Source: an uncultured virus (IMG/VR IMGVR_UViG_3300021400_000397) (lineage: Duplodnaviria > Heunggongvirae > Uroviricota > Caudoviricetes). From it: a stretch of 64,000 nucleotides of DNA. The number at the start of each line of letters is the position of its first letter. Position 1 is the stretch's first letter. This document shows positions 53,712 through 62,677 of the stretch, in pieces. The position numbers and the translations under genes were made by a program. The notes beneath the pieces were generated by a model. That model was given only the letters and a program-made list of their open reading frames with translations. It searched no databases and was not told the origin of the DNA. The stretch is taken from IMG/VR virus record IMGVR_UViG_3300021400_000397. One strand, written 5' to 3'.

Positions 53712-54137
53712 ATGGCAATGGAAAGCGAAATCACGGAGACCAAGCCGCACTCCACCGGTGCGCAGTGGTGGACCGCCGCGGTCCTCTCGGCCCTCGTCGC
53801 GCAGAACGCCGGCGGGAACGGGGGGCTGCTCGGCGGCATCCTCGGCGGGAACCGCCCGCCTGCCCCCGGCATGGAGCCGGTCAGCCAGAAGATCCTCGAC
53901 CTCACGGCCGAGAACCAGAGGCTCCGCTCCGAGCAGTACACCGACCGCATCGCGGCCGCGCAGGGGGTGGTGAACGCCACGCAGACCGCGCAGATCGCGT
54001 GCCTCGAGAAGCAGGTGGACCGCCTGTACGGACTGACGAAGCTCGTCGTCCCGAACGGCAACGTCTCGCCCGGCTGGGGCCCCGTCGACGTGGCCCCGTA
54101 CTCGGCGCCGGCGACCGCCGCCGCGGCCAACGGCTAA
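53712..54137 (+). CDS. Hypothetical protein, Gly-rich N-terminus, coiled coil, C-terminal LTKLVVP...PGWG
   Basis: RBS AAAGGAAGG; flanked by strong hairpins. Confidence 0.7.
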   Translation: MAMESEITETKPHSTGAQWWTAAVLSALVAQNAGGNGGLLGGILGGNRPPAPGMEPVSQKILDLTAENQRLRSEQYTDRIAAAQGVVNATQTAQIACLEKQVDRLYGLTKLVVPNGNVSPGWGPVDVAPYSAPATAAAANG

Positions 54138-54194
54138 ACCCGTCGCCCCGCCGGCCGGGCAATGGCCGGCGGGGCGGCTCAAGGAGACCATGAA

Positions 54195-54602
54195 ATGGAA
54201 AGATCGTCTGTACTGAAGGGGCTCGGGTCCTGGGCCCGCGCCAACGTCGTGTCCGAGCTCGGGTTCACGTCGCCGCTGTGGGGCGTCGCCAACGCGTTCT
54301 GCGTGCTCGCCGCCGCGTCCCCGGACGCCGCGTACGGGGCGCTCGCGAAGATGCGCCCGGAGCTCGCGGCCGCCGTGGACGTCCTGGCGTCGGAGCACTT
54401 CGACGAGATAGTGAAGGCCTACCGCGCGTCGCTCGCCGAGCACCCGCTGCAGTTCAAGCTGCGCACCGAGACGAAGCTCGACGGGACCCAGGTCTACAAG
54501 ACCTTCTACTTCCGGCCGGAGAACCTCGACAAGCTCGCGTCGGAGATCCGCGGGGGCGGCGCCCCGGCAGCGGCGGAGAAGGCCGCGGCTACGGCCCAAT
54601 GA
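54195..54602 (+). CDS. Hypothetical protein (135 aa)
   Basis: RBS AAGGAG; last plus-strand gene before the convergent block. Confidence 0.65.
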   Translation: MERSSVLKGLGSWARANVVSELGFTSPLWGVANAFCVLAAASPDAAYGALAKMRPELAAAVDVLASEHFDEIVKAYRASLAEHPLQFKLRTETKLDGTQVYKTFYFRPENLDKLASEIRGGGAPAAAEKAAATAQ

Positions 54603-54858
54603 CGGCCAGCAGCTTCGACGAGGGGACGCTCCTCAGGGGCGGGCAGCCGTCCAGGGACACCGGAAGGCCGTCGAAGAGGTTCGCCACCACGACGTCGCCG
54701 ACGCCGACCCCCAGGGACTCCGGGACCTCGGGGCCGGCGGCGACGACCGTCGCGTCCATCCACCCCGCCGGATCGCCGGGCTGGACGTAGACGCCCCCCT
54801 CCCGCCGTTCGCCGGAGGCGAACAGGAGCCACACGTTGTCATGCAGGGGACGGGGCAC
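54589..54858 (-). CDS. groES: Co-chaperonin GroES-like protein
   Basis: RPLHDNV...GGVYV...VVAAGP...VGVGDVV...DG...LLAVI follows the Cpn10 pattern. Confidence 0.8.
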   Translation of the reverse strand: MPRPLHDNVWLLFASGERREGGVYVQPGDPAGWMDATVVAAGPEVPESLGVGVGDVVVANLFDGLPVSLDGCPPLRSVPSSKLLAVIGP

Positions 54859-55201
54859 CTGGGGCCTCCTTGGGCTCGGGCTGGGCGGAGGGGTCCTCCG
54901 GGGCCGGGGCGGCCTCGGGGTCCGCGGGCCCCTCGGGCGAGGCCGGCTCGGCCTGGTACATCCGGTCCGTGAGCTCCACGACGGTGTTCACGCCCGATAT
55001 GATCCCGCGGAAATGCTCCGCGCGGAACGCCTCGTGCTCCTCCTTGGCGGCGCGCAGGATGACCCTGCGCGTCTCCGGGTCTATGTCGTCCCTGTCGCCG
55101 TCCCTGAGGATGGCGAAGAGGACGTTGCTCAGGCGGATCACCGCCGCGATGTGGTTCGCAAGCGCCGTCGAGGCGTGCGCAAGCGTCTCTATGTCGTTCA
55201 T
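54839..55201 (-). CDS. Hypothetical protein
   Basis: ORF in a tightly packed minus operon. Confidence 0.55.
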   Translation of the reverse strand: MNDIETLAHASTALANHIAAVIRLSNVLFAILRDGDRDDIDPETRRVILRAAKEEHEAFRAEHFRGIISGVNTVVELTDRMYQAEPASPEGPADPEAAPAPEDPSAQPEPKEAPGAPSPA

Positions 55202-55202
55202 G

Positions 55203-55394
55203 TCATCTCGCCTTTCCAAAGTCGTTCTTGGCCCTCAGTGCGAAGTTGACGCGCTTGAGGCGCTTGGACTCCGCGGCGGTGCGCGTCTTCTTGGCGCGCA
55301 GCCTCGACTGCTCCGACCGGAGCGACGCCTTGGTCCTCCCGTCGAACATCCCCTTCGCCGACTCCGGCGTGTGCATCTTCTTTCCCCAGCTCAT
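55203..55394 (-). CDS. Small basic hypothetical protein (63 aa)
   Basis: RBS AAGGAGG; ATGA coupling. Confidence 0.6.
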   Translation of the reverse strand: MSWGKKMHTPESAKGMFDGRTKASLRSEQSRLRAKKTRTAAESKRLKRVNFALRAKNDFGKAR

Positions 55395-55594
55395 TTGCCG
55401 TCCTCCTTCTTTGCCTTGTGGAAATGGTCCTCGTGCCGTGTGCACGGCAGCGACCCCATGTTCTCGCACCAGTAGTCGCCGCGCATCATGTGCAGGAGGC
55501 GCCTCCACCACGGGAGGTGCGCCTCCGAGTCCCGCGCCAGGCGGCACTCCAGCTCCTGCGGGATGTACCCGTACGCGAACGGGCACACGCTCAC
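55391..55594 (-). CDS. Small Cys/His-containing hypothetical protein
   Basis: GTGA coupling; RBS GGAGG. Confidence 0.5.
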   Translation of the reverse strand: MSVCPFAYGYIPQELECRLARDSEAHLPWWRRLLHMMRGDYWCENMGSLPCTRHEDHFHKAKKEDGK

Positions 55595-56250
55595 GGCAGC
55601 GCCTCCCCGGAGCTGATGTACTCCGTGAGTGCGTCGCGCAGCTTCCGCTCGGCCACGCCCTTGTTGGGGTGGACGGTCGCGCCCAGCAGCGTGATGAGCA
55701 GCACCGCGGTGACCATGCCGAGCAGGAGCCACTGGATGCGGCTCGCCCACCTGATGTCGACGAGGTCGTGCTTCACGATCGTCGTCTCCCTTATCTGCCG
55801 CTTCGACATCGCGATGTCCTCGACGAGCCAGCCCTCGTTTGGGACGACCTGCTTCACGCGGTCGTCGTAGAGCTCGAGCATGAGGTGGTCCTTCTGGTAG
55901 GCGATGTCTGGGACGAACCCGAGGAACCTGTAGCACCAGTCCTGGATGAACTCCCGCGGGGTCCACGCCTCCGCATGGACCGCCCACGGCATGTCGTCCG
56001 GGGACTCGATGACCCAGTGGTTTTCCAGATACGGGTTCGGCTTGACCTCGGGCTTCTCCTTCGGCGCGACGCGGGCCGTCATGATCTTGACGACCTTGCC
56101 CTCGTCGTGCATCCGCTTGATGAGTTCGACCATCGGCTTCACGGGCTCGCCGATGTGGTCGATGCCCTTCCAGCCGTCGTACTTCGCAAGCGTGCCGTCC
56201 AGGTCGAACCCGTACCAGCCCTTGCCCGTCTCTCCATGCGTGTCGTTCAT
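55591..56250 (-). CDS. HAD-superfamily phosphatase (phage PNKP-phosphatase-like) with C-terminal hydrophobic helix
   Basis: FDLDGTL (motif I), MTAR (motif II), K...LYDDR (motifs III/IV). Confidence 0.8.
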   Translation of the reverse strand: MNDTHGETGKGWYGFDLDGTLAKYDGWKGIDHIGEPVKPMVELIKRMHDEGKVVKIMTARVAPKEKPEVKPNPYLENHWVIESPDDMPWAVHAEAWTPREFIQDWCYRFLGFVPDIAYQKDHLMLELYDDRVKQVVPNEGWLVEDIAMSKRQIRETTIVKHDLVDIRWASRIQWLLLGMVTAVLLITLLGATVHPNKGVAERKLRDALTEYISSGEALP

Positions 56251-56912
56251 TTGTCCTCCTTCTCGTACGGGTACTCGGTGATGAACTCCGAGTACGGCAG
56301 CTTGGCGATGAACTTCTCGCAGAACTCGTGCCACGCCGGGAGCCTGTGGTTCCTGCGCCAGCGCCAAATCTCGATCAGGTTCTCGTAGCTGCACGTCCAC
56401 GTGATGCGCTCGTACAGGTACGAGTGCGGGAGCATGCGTTTCATCGAGCGGAAGACGCGCTCGGCCTCCTCCGCGTCGCCGTTGGCCTTGGAGCGCTGGT
56501 AGATATCCCTCGCCGCGTTCAGCACGGCTATCGTATTGCCGAGGTGAACGCGCTCGAGAGCCGTCTCGGGGGCCTCGAAGTCGTCACCTGTAAGGTCACG
56601 GCTCGTGATTCGGTGCATTGTGCTCGATGAATCCGCAGTCGTCCCGACCTTGTACGTCGCGAACTCGTGCATGAGGTACGCCGGCATCTTGCAGATGTCG
56701 ACGATGACACTGATCTGCCGCATGAACTTGCGGTGCGGCGCACCGGCCTTGATGAGCCTGTGCGCGAGCTCGCGGTCGGACTTGCCCACGACAACCAACC
56801 ACCCGTCGTTGTCGCGCGTGTCGGACTTGTCCCATCCGCTCATCGCGTTGCGCATCCCGCGGAGCGCATGCTGCATGTGCGAAACCTCTATGTTTATGAA
56901 CTCCATTGTCAT
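56247..56912 (-). CDS. Divergent ThyX-like (flavin-dependent thymidylate synthase fold) protein
   Basis: ALRGMRN, HRKFMRQI, EFATYKVGT..SSSTMH, LPHSY, RRNHRLPAW pattern of phage ThyX-like proteins (recognised from memory). Confidence 0.65.
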   Translation of the reverse strand: MTMEFINIEVSHMQHALRGMRNAMSGWDKSDTRDNDGWLVVVGKSDRELAHRLIKAGAPHRKFMRQISVIVDICKMPAYLMHEFATYKVGTTADSSSTMHRITSRDLTGDDFEAPETALERVHLGNTIAVLNAARDIYQRSKANGDAEEAERVFRSMKRMLPHSYLYERITWTCSYENLIEIWRWRRNHRLPAWHEFCEKFIAKLPYSEFITEYPYEKEDK

Positions 56913-57217
56913 CCCTCCTTGTGTTTCTCGTACCGTTCGCACGGGAGCCGTCCGCGGTTCGGGCAGGGCGTGGAAAACCCGTCCTTGTCCCTGGCCACGC
57001 CGCATCCCAAGTACCACCGATCGGTCCTGAATACGCGGCGTTGGTGCGGGCACAAGCCGATGTTCTCGTCGTATGCTAGCTCCAGCCGGTATGTGTTCGT
57101 ATCCTTGTCGAGGACGAGCTGCACCTCGCCCTCCCAGTGCCCCGAGTCGCACGCGGAGTGCAGGGCGTTCTCGAGGTCCTGCGCCTTCGCAGGCAGCGCC
57201 GTGAGAACCCTCCTCAT
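56909..57217 (-). CDS. Hypothetical Cys-containing protein
   Basis: ATGA-coupled ORF. Confidence 0.55.
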   Translation of the reverse strand: MRRVLTALPAKAQDLENALHSACDSGHWEGEVQLVLDKDTNTYRLELAYDENIGLCPHQRRVFRTDRWYLGCGVARDKDGFSTPCPNRGRLPCERYEKHKEG

Positions 57218-57513
57218 CTCCGCTCTCCCCATATCCAGTAGCGCGCCGTCTTCAGCACGTTGGTCTGCGAGACGTCCGCCCCGGGGCCGTACATGACGAC
57301 CTCGATGCGGTGGCAGACGTTCGTCCCGTACCGCGTCCTGGCGCCCCACCCGTAGTGGCGCGCCCTCGCCTCGAGGTCCGCGCACCGCTCCTCCTGCCTC
57401 GACTGCCACGCCCACGTCCTGTAGCCGTAGGCGTCCCCGTTGTACATGTCAACCGTCATGTTGCTCGTGCACCCGCACAGAGCCACTGCCGCAATCGCCG
57501 TCAACTTCTTCAT
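57214..57513 (-). CDS. Small lipoprotein
   Basis: MKKLTAIAAVALCGC signal peptide II / lipobox. Confidence 0.7.
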   Translation of the reverse strand: MKKLTAIAAVALCGCTSNMTVDMYNGDAYGYRTWAWQSRQEERCADLEARARHYGWGARTRYGTNVCHRIEVVMYGPGADVSQTNVLKTARYWIWGERR

Positions 57514-57935
57514 GTCCGCTTGCCTCCTTTGCCTGTCTTGTCGTGCATGGTCCAGTACATCCGCTCGTACAGCCACTCGATGATGTACGCGCCGAACTCC
57601 TCGTCGTCCGTGTTCATTATGCGCAGGGCCTCGTGCGTCGCGTGGAACGCCTCGTGCACGAACACGGAGAAGTCCCACTTGGGCATGAGTATGAACACGT
57701 CGCCCATGTACTGGGCGGTCGCCCCGAGCGCCGGGTTGTCCCCGTTGCCGATCGTCCGGTCCCAGTAGTCCGACAGGAACGCCCAGGTCTCCTGGACCGC
57801 CCTGTGGTCCGCCGTGAACCCATCGAACGTCTTCGGGTCGAGGAACAGCCGGCGGACCTCGTCCTTGGCCCCGCAGCACACCACGAAGCCACGGCGCATT
57901 AGGCCGCCGTCGAACGCCTTCACGAACGGCTTCAT
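57510..57935 (-). CDS. Zincin-like (HExxH) phage protein
   Basis: VHEAFHA followed by DEEFGAY. Confidence 0.65.
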   Translation of the reverse strand: MKPFVKAFDGGLMRRGFVVCCGAKDEVRRLFLDPKTFDGFTADHRAVQETWAFLSDYWDRTIGNGDNPALGATAQYMGDVFILMPKWDFSVFVHEAFHATHEALRIMNTDDEEFGAYIIEWLYERMYWTMHDKTGKGGKRT

Positions 57936-58186
57936 CACCGGCCCCTCCCGTAGCACGCCTTCACCTCGGCCTTCGTGCCGGTGCAGACGAGCACGCCGTC
58001 GGCCTCGACGCCGTAGACGTGCCGTCCGCCGTCCTCCTCGTCCTCGAAGAGGACGAACGCGAGCCTGCACCCGCCGGCGGTCTTCTCGTGGATCGTCTTC
58101 AGGGGTTTCAGCCCTCTCCTCCGGACGGTGTCGCCCATGAGGCGCAGGGCCTCCCGCTTGGACTCCATGATCTCGGTGTCCGTCAT
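57935..58186 (-). CDS. Hypothetical protein (83 aa)
   Basis: Coupled ORF. Confidence 0.55.
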   Translation of the reverse strand: MTDTEIMESKREALRLMGDTVRRRGLKPLKTIHEKTAGGCRLAFVLFEDEEDGGRHVYGVEADGVLVCTGTKAEVKACYGRGR

Positions 58187-58797
58187 GATGCTCCGGCCTC
58201 GTCGTACTGCGACGCAAGCATGTCGGCCGTGTGCGTCGCGATGACCTCGAGCGGGAACTCGGATATGGCGGCGTCGAGGTGTCGGACGTCATACTCCTCG
58301 CCTATGCGCCACGCGCCCATGTGGTACACGATGCACACCTGCTCGACGTGCGAGATCGGATGCCCGAGGAACTCGGGAGCGAGCATCGCCGAGAGCGTCC
58401 CGTGCCCAGGGAAAAGTGGCGTCGCCTTGCGGAACGAGTTCGTGTACTCCGGGTTTTCCTCGTACGCGTGCACCTTGCACAGGTCGTGGCACATGCCGAT
58501 TGTGTAGGGCGACCCCGAGTTAGACCACGCGATCTTGAGATCTCCGGACAGCTGCAGGAGCCGGTCGGTCACGTTCATCGAGTGTATCGCGAGCCCGCCC
58601 TTCACGGCAAGGTGGTGGCCCGCCGAGGCGGGCGCGGCCAGGAAGCTCGCCACGTGTCCGCTGTAGTTCAGGAGGAGCGCCGGGTTCGCGTCGGCGAGCA
58701 CGAGGTACTCCGCCGCCCTGTCGACCTGCTCGTCCGTAAACCACGACAGCCCGTACAGTTCGCGCAGGCGCCTCTTGACCTCTTCGATGTCTACCAT
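58183..58797 (-). CDS. HD-domain phosphohydrolase
   Basis: APAS..HH...GGLAIHS, CHDLCK, GHG, YHMG, HTAD. Confidence 0.85.
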   Translation of the reverse strand: MVDIEEVKRRLRELYGLSWFTDEQVDRAAEYLVLADANPALLLNYSGHVASFLAAPASAGHHLAVKGGLAIHSMNVTDRLLQLSGDLKIAWSNSGSPYTIGMCHDLCKVHAYEENPEYTNSFRKATPLFPGHGTLSAMLAPEFLGHPISHVEQVCIVYHMGAWRIGEEYDVRHLDAAISEFPLEVIATHTADMLASQYDEAGAS

Positions 58798-59006
58798 CAC
58801 TTCACCTCCTTGTTCTTCGCGCACTGGCGGAAGAGCTCCGCCGCTATCCTTACCTGCGGGATCAGCTGCTCGAGGCAGTCCCTCTCGCCCTGCGTCAGCC
58901 ACCCGGACGTTTCCTTGAACCTGTCCCAGTCCAGCATCCCCGCGGCCGCCGTGGCAATCTCCTCGCACTTGATCGTCAGCGCCTCCTTGGCGAACGCGCT
59001 ACCCAT
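58797..59006 (-). CDS. Hypothetical protein (69 aa)
   Basis: Coupled ORF with RBS GGAGG. Confidence 0.5.
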   Translation of the reverse strand: MGSAFAKEALTIKCEEIATAAAGMLDWDRFKETSGWLTQGERDCLEQLIPQVRIAAELFRQCAKNKEVK

Positions 59007-59334
59007 TGGCCACCCCCTCCAGTCCCGGGAGCATCTGCTGACCCTCGGCGTCCTTGGGCTTCTTCGCCCTCGGCCCGAGCTTCTCCCTGTACGCCAGGTT
59101 CACGCCGTTCAGCTTCTCGGCTGCCTCCTCCGCATGCTGAAGCTGCCCACGGATGTACTGCGACTTCTCGAGGCAAAGGGACAGCAGCGACCGCAGGGAC
59201 TCCTGGCTGTTCGTGTGCGACGCGTCCATGAGGACGTCGTGCAGCGAGTCGAACCCGCGGAGCGCGCTCCGGGTGCAGGACTCGACTACGGGAGCGTGCT
59301 CCCGTAGCCGGACGATGACTTCCTGCATCTTCAT
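58999..59334 (-). CDS. Hypothetical protein
   Basis: ATGA coupling; RBS AAGGAG. Confidence 0.55.
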   Translation of the reverse strand: MKMQEVIVRLREHAPVVESCTRSALRGFDSLHDVLMDASHTNSQESLRSLLSLCLEKSQYIRGQLQHAEEAAEKLNGVNLAYREKLGPRAKKPKDAEGQQMLPGLEGVANG

Positions 59335-59732
59335 TTCGCGGGCTCCTTCTTCAGCACGTCCGCGCAGCTGACGAGCACGTCGACGAGGTCGTCCACGGCG
59401 TCGACCCATGCGTCGAATATCCGCATCTCCACCGTCTTGCACGTGACGAGCCGGCGCATCGCGGCGAGGTAGTCCTCCTGCCTGCCGGGGCCGTTGAGCC
59501 CGATCGCGATGTGCGCGACGTAGCCCCTGCGGGGCTTTCCGTCGCATGTGCCCGTCGTCAGCAGGACCCGGTGCACGTGCATGTTGTCCTTTTCCGTCGA
59601 CAGCCCCCTGACCGTCTCCTTTATCAGCTTGGCCATCGCGGACTTCTCCGAGACGGTGGCCTTGTCGACGTCGTCGAACTTGTTCACGAGGTAGCTCGGG
59701 TCCCCGAACGCTCCGATGTCCTTCTTGCTCAT
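59331..59732 (-). CDS. Hypothetical protein
   Basis: RBS GGAGGGAG; alternative start at 59750. Confidence 0.55.
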   Translation of the reverse strand: MSKKDIGAFGDPSYLVNKFDDVDKATVSEKSAMAKLIKETVRGLSTEKDNMHVHRVLLTTGTCDGKPRRGYVAHIAIGLNGPGRQEDYLAAMRRLVTCKTVEMRIFDAWVDAVDDLVDVLVSCADVLKKEPAK

Positions 59733-59746
59733 GGCTCCCTCCCCCT

Positions 59747-60076
59747 TCATACCTCGAGTCCCCAGACCTGGGCGAGCTTCGCCGCGAACACGGCATCGTA
59801 CACCACGGCCTCGTAGTCCGACACGGCGACGAGCGCCTTCTCGAACTTGGCCCGGTCGGCCTTGGCGAACCCGACGCCGTACTTGGTCATGAGCCTGTCG
59901 AGCTTGTCGAGGAGGCAGCACGTGCGCGGCCCCTCCGTGAACTCCTCCATGAACTCCGGGCCGACGGCCTTCTTCGCCCTCGCCCTGCGCTTGCGGTCCA
60001 TCGTCGAGTACGGATAGGCCGCGAGCCACTCCTTGGTGCCCCACTTCGGGGCGTTAGCTTCCTTCTTCGCTTCCAT
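59747..60076 (-). CDS. Hypothetical protein
   Basis: RBS AAGGAGG. Confidence 0.6.
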   Translation of the reverse strand: MEAKKEANAPKWGTKEWLAAYPYSTMDRKRRARAKKAVGPEFMEEFTEGPRTCCLLDKLDRLMTKYGVGFAKADRAKFEKALVAVSDYEAVVYDAVFAAKLAQVWGLEV

Positions 60077-60144
60077 CTTGCTTACCCTCCTTGTCGGTTG
60101 TAAAGGCCCCCGGCGGGCAGCAGCGTCCGCCGGGGACGCGGTTG

Positions 60145-60822
60145 TCACTTCTTGCCGGGCTTGCACTTGCCGCCCTTGCATGCCGCATGCGTGGCCTTGG
60201 CGGCGGTCGCCGCCGGGACCTTGGTCTTGCCCGTCTTCTTCACGACGGGGGATTTCTTGGTAGCCATTTCTGGTTCTCCTTGTTTTGTTGTGGTTTCCCC
60301 CTCGGCCACCATGGCCTCGGGCAGATCGAAATACTCCTTGCGGATGCGCTCGACGGCACCCGCGTAGTCGAGGAAGTCCCCGTCGTCCCCGGGGAGCTCG
60401 CGCCTGGCCTCCTCGAAATGGGCGGCCTCCATGTAGGCCGGCTCGAGCAGGACGCCCTCGCCGATGATCTGCATGGCGTGGCGGACGCCGGCGCGCCCGT
60501 CCTTCTCCAGGACGAGCCTCGCCTCCCTCGCTTTCTCCGAGCACTCCCGCGGCGCGTTCAGGCACAGCGCCCCCTCCTCGGCCCTCTGCAGGAGCCCGAC
60601 GGCGAACCACAGGTGCGACTCGTAGCCGATCAGCACCTCGCCGAGGTTTATGTACGCACGGGCCAGGAGGACCTTGGACTCCAGCGGGGACAGGTGCAGA
60701 GCGCCATACCGCTTCGACAGGGCGAACGCCTCCGCGGAATAGCTCAGCGCCGCGCTGAGGTGCTTCACCGCGCACTGCGGGCACCCCGGCGTCATCAGCT
60801 CGTCGACGATCTCGAGGCTCAT
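60145..60822 (-). CDS. Hypothetical protein with CPQC motif and Lys-rich C-terminal tail (possible separate internal product)
   Basis: RBS AGGAGG; internal AAGGAG+ATG at 60267. Confidence 0.6.
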   Translation of the reverse strand: MSLEIVDELMTPGCPQCAVKHLSAALSYSAEAFALSKRYGALHLSPLESKVLLARAYINLGEVLIGYESHLWFAVGLLQRAEEGALCLNAPRECSEKAREARLVLEKDGRAGVRHAMQIIGEGVLLEPAYMEAAHFEEARRELPGDDGDFLDYAGAVERIRKEYFDLPEAMVAEGETTTKQGEPEMATKKSPVVKKTGKTKVPAATAAKATHAACKGGKCKPGKK

Positions 60823-61175
60823 TTCGCCCTCCTCTCGAACAGGACAAGCGCGTCCCAGTCCCCGGTCGCCGGGTCGCTCGTGTAGAGCGGCACGGAAACG
60901 GTCACCGCCCCGTGCAGGAAGTGCAGGTCCTCCGCGAACGCCTCGGCCTTGCCGAGCCCTGCGTACGATATCCCCGCGGCGACCGTTCCGGACACCCAGG
61001 CGGCGAAGCCGCCGGCGTCCGCGCGGAACACCTTGCGCACCTGGCCGAAGCCCTCGGCGGACTTCGCAAGCGCCCACGCCTTCGTCCTGCGCTGGCACTC
61101 AAACACCTCGCCCTTGCCCGCCAGCACGTTCTGCTCGAGCCACTCAACGTTGGCCCATGTCGGCTTTGCTCTCAT
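60819..61175 (-). CDS. Hypothetical protein (118 aa)
   Basis: RBS GGAGGAG. Confidence 0.55.
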   Translation of the reverse strand: MRAKPTWANVEWLEQNVLAGKGEVFECQRRTKAWALAKSAEGFGQVRKVFRADAGGFAAWVSGTVAAGISYAGLGKAEAFAEDLHFLHGAVTVSVPLYTSDPATGDWDALVLFERRAK

Positions 61176-61491
61176 TGCTCTCCTCCATCTTCAGTTCGTT
61201 CACCCTTCCAGTCGCCGGGACCGTCCTCGCGGGGGCCGGCAGGTACCTGCTCACCTCGACCGTCAGGCGGCGCGTGGCGACCCTGGCGCCCGTGGGGATC
61301 GTGCACCTGTAGGGCTTCCACGCGAACGTGGCGAGCCCCACGAGGCTCGTCCTCACGTTCCCGCAGACGACCCCGAACAGGGCGTCGAGCACCCTGTCGA
61401 GCGTCTCCGCGTCGACCCCCGCCGCGGCGCGCACCTTCTCGCGGTCGTCGCACAGCGGGTTCCACTTCTTCGTCGGGGGCGCCGGGTTCAC
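61144..61491 (-). CDS. HU/IHF-like DNA-binding protein (divergent)
   Basis: Helix-helix (EKVRAAAGVDAETLDRVLDALF), then LVGLATF and PTG arm. Confidence 0.5.
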   Translation of the reverse strand: MNPAPPTKKWNPLCDDREKVRAAAGVDAETLDRVLDALFGVVCGNVRTSLVGLATFAWKPYRCTIPTGARVATRRLTVEVSRYLPAPARTVPATGRVNELKMEESNESKADMGQR

Positions 61492-62180
61492 GGGGCCCTC
61501 CTCACCGGCGGCAGCCCGCCGTTGGCTATCACCATGACGAGCGGCTGCCTGCCGCCCTTCTTGTCGTCGCCCTCGCCGCCCTCGCCGCCGTCGGCGGCGG
61601 CGACCTTCCCCGCCTCGGAGAGGCCGAGGATGGTCTGCTCGGTCTTGGACGCGGCGGCCCAGGCCTCCGCGCCGGACTTGACGGACGCCTCCCCGCGCTC
61701 CATCGCGTCCATCGACTTGTTGCGTATGCGCCGCGCCTGGTCGAGCTGCTCGTTGAACACCTCGTTGCGCTTGCGGATCCGCGTCTCGGCCAGCTCGAGG
61801 CGGGACATCTCGTCCTTGGCCGCCACCTCCTTGCGCCTCGCGTCCGCCCAGCGGAAGTTCGAGGCCCACATCAGGACCGTGCGCTCGGGGACCTTCACGG
61901 CCCTTGCGACGTCGGCCACCTCGCGGCCCTCGATGATCACGAGGCGCTTGGCCCTGTCGCGCTTCCGGTCGTCGTCGTAGCCCGGGTAGTACTCCGCTAT
62001 CTCCTGCGGGGCGATGCCGGGCAGCTCCGCCGCGTTGTCCTCGAGGGCGCGGTCCTGGGCGACCGCCACGGTCGTGTCGGCGACGTGCAGGGCCTCGACC
62101 TCGCGGCCGCCGCCCATGTTGACGGTCAGCTGCCCGATGGGGTTCCCGTACTCGTCGAGCATGGTCTCGTCGGCCGTCAT
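61488..62180 (-). CDS. HTH protein, terminase small subunit-like candidate
   Basis: AKRLVIIEGREVADVARAVKVPERTVLMW....W HTH followed by coiled coil. Confidence 0.5.
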   Translation of the reverse strand: MTADETMLDEYGNPIGQLTVNMGGGREVEALHVADTTVAVAQDRALEDNAAELPGIAPQEIAEYYPGYDDDRKRDRAKRLVIIEGREVADVARAVKVPERTVLMWASNFRWADARRKEVAAKDEMSRLELAETRIRKRNEVFNEQLDQARRIRNKSMDAMERGEASVKSGAEAWAAASKTEQTILGLSEAGKVAAADGGEGGEGDDKKGGRQPLVMVIANGGLPPVRRAP

Positions 62181-62668
62181 GCCACCCTCCTGCGGCAGTA
62201 CTCCGCCATCAAAAGCGCCTCCGCCTTGCCATCGTGCGGCTTCGAGCACCTCGGCGTCCTCCGTAGGTCCACGCCGGGGAATATCCTCTGCGCGACCTCG
62301 ATGGACGTGTTCTTGTCAGACGTGCAGCTGAACTCCTTCTTCCACTTCTGCGGGCGCACGAGTTCGTACGGAATGCGGAACGCCGTCAGCAGCCCGAGTA
62401 TGAACCCGAAGTTCCTGCCGAACGAGAAGCAACTCGTCACGCCCTGGCCGGGCATGGCGTTCACGTGCTCGACCACGCAGAAAACCTCGACCTTCGGCTC
62501 GTCCGCAGTCGTGGACGGCGACACGAACCTCTGCGCAGAGTCTATCCTGCGCAGCTGGTTCGCGTACTCCGTCTCGTCGAACGGAACCAGTATCGGGGCG
62601 TCGCGGTACCCGAGTATCGCAAGGCAGCCGTCCTTCCCCGGGTCAATTCCTATCGAGACCTTCATCAT
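62177..62668 (-). CDS. RuvC-like Holliday junction resolvase
   Basis: IGIDPG, VVE, PGQGVTSCFSFG, PQKWKK, DGKAEALL. Confidence 0.85.
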   Translation of the reverse strand: MMKVSIGIDPGKDGCLAILGYRDAPILVPFDETEYANQLRRIDSAQRFVSPSTTADEPKVEVFCVVEHVNAMPGQGVTSCFSFGRNFGFILGLLTAFRIPYELVRPQKWKKEFSCTSDKNTSIEVAQRIFPGVDLRRTPRCSKPHDGKAEALLMAEYCRRRVA

Positions 62669-62677
62669 TTCGCTCAT

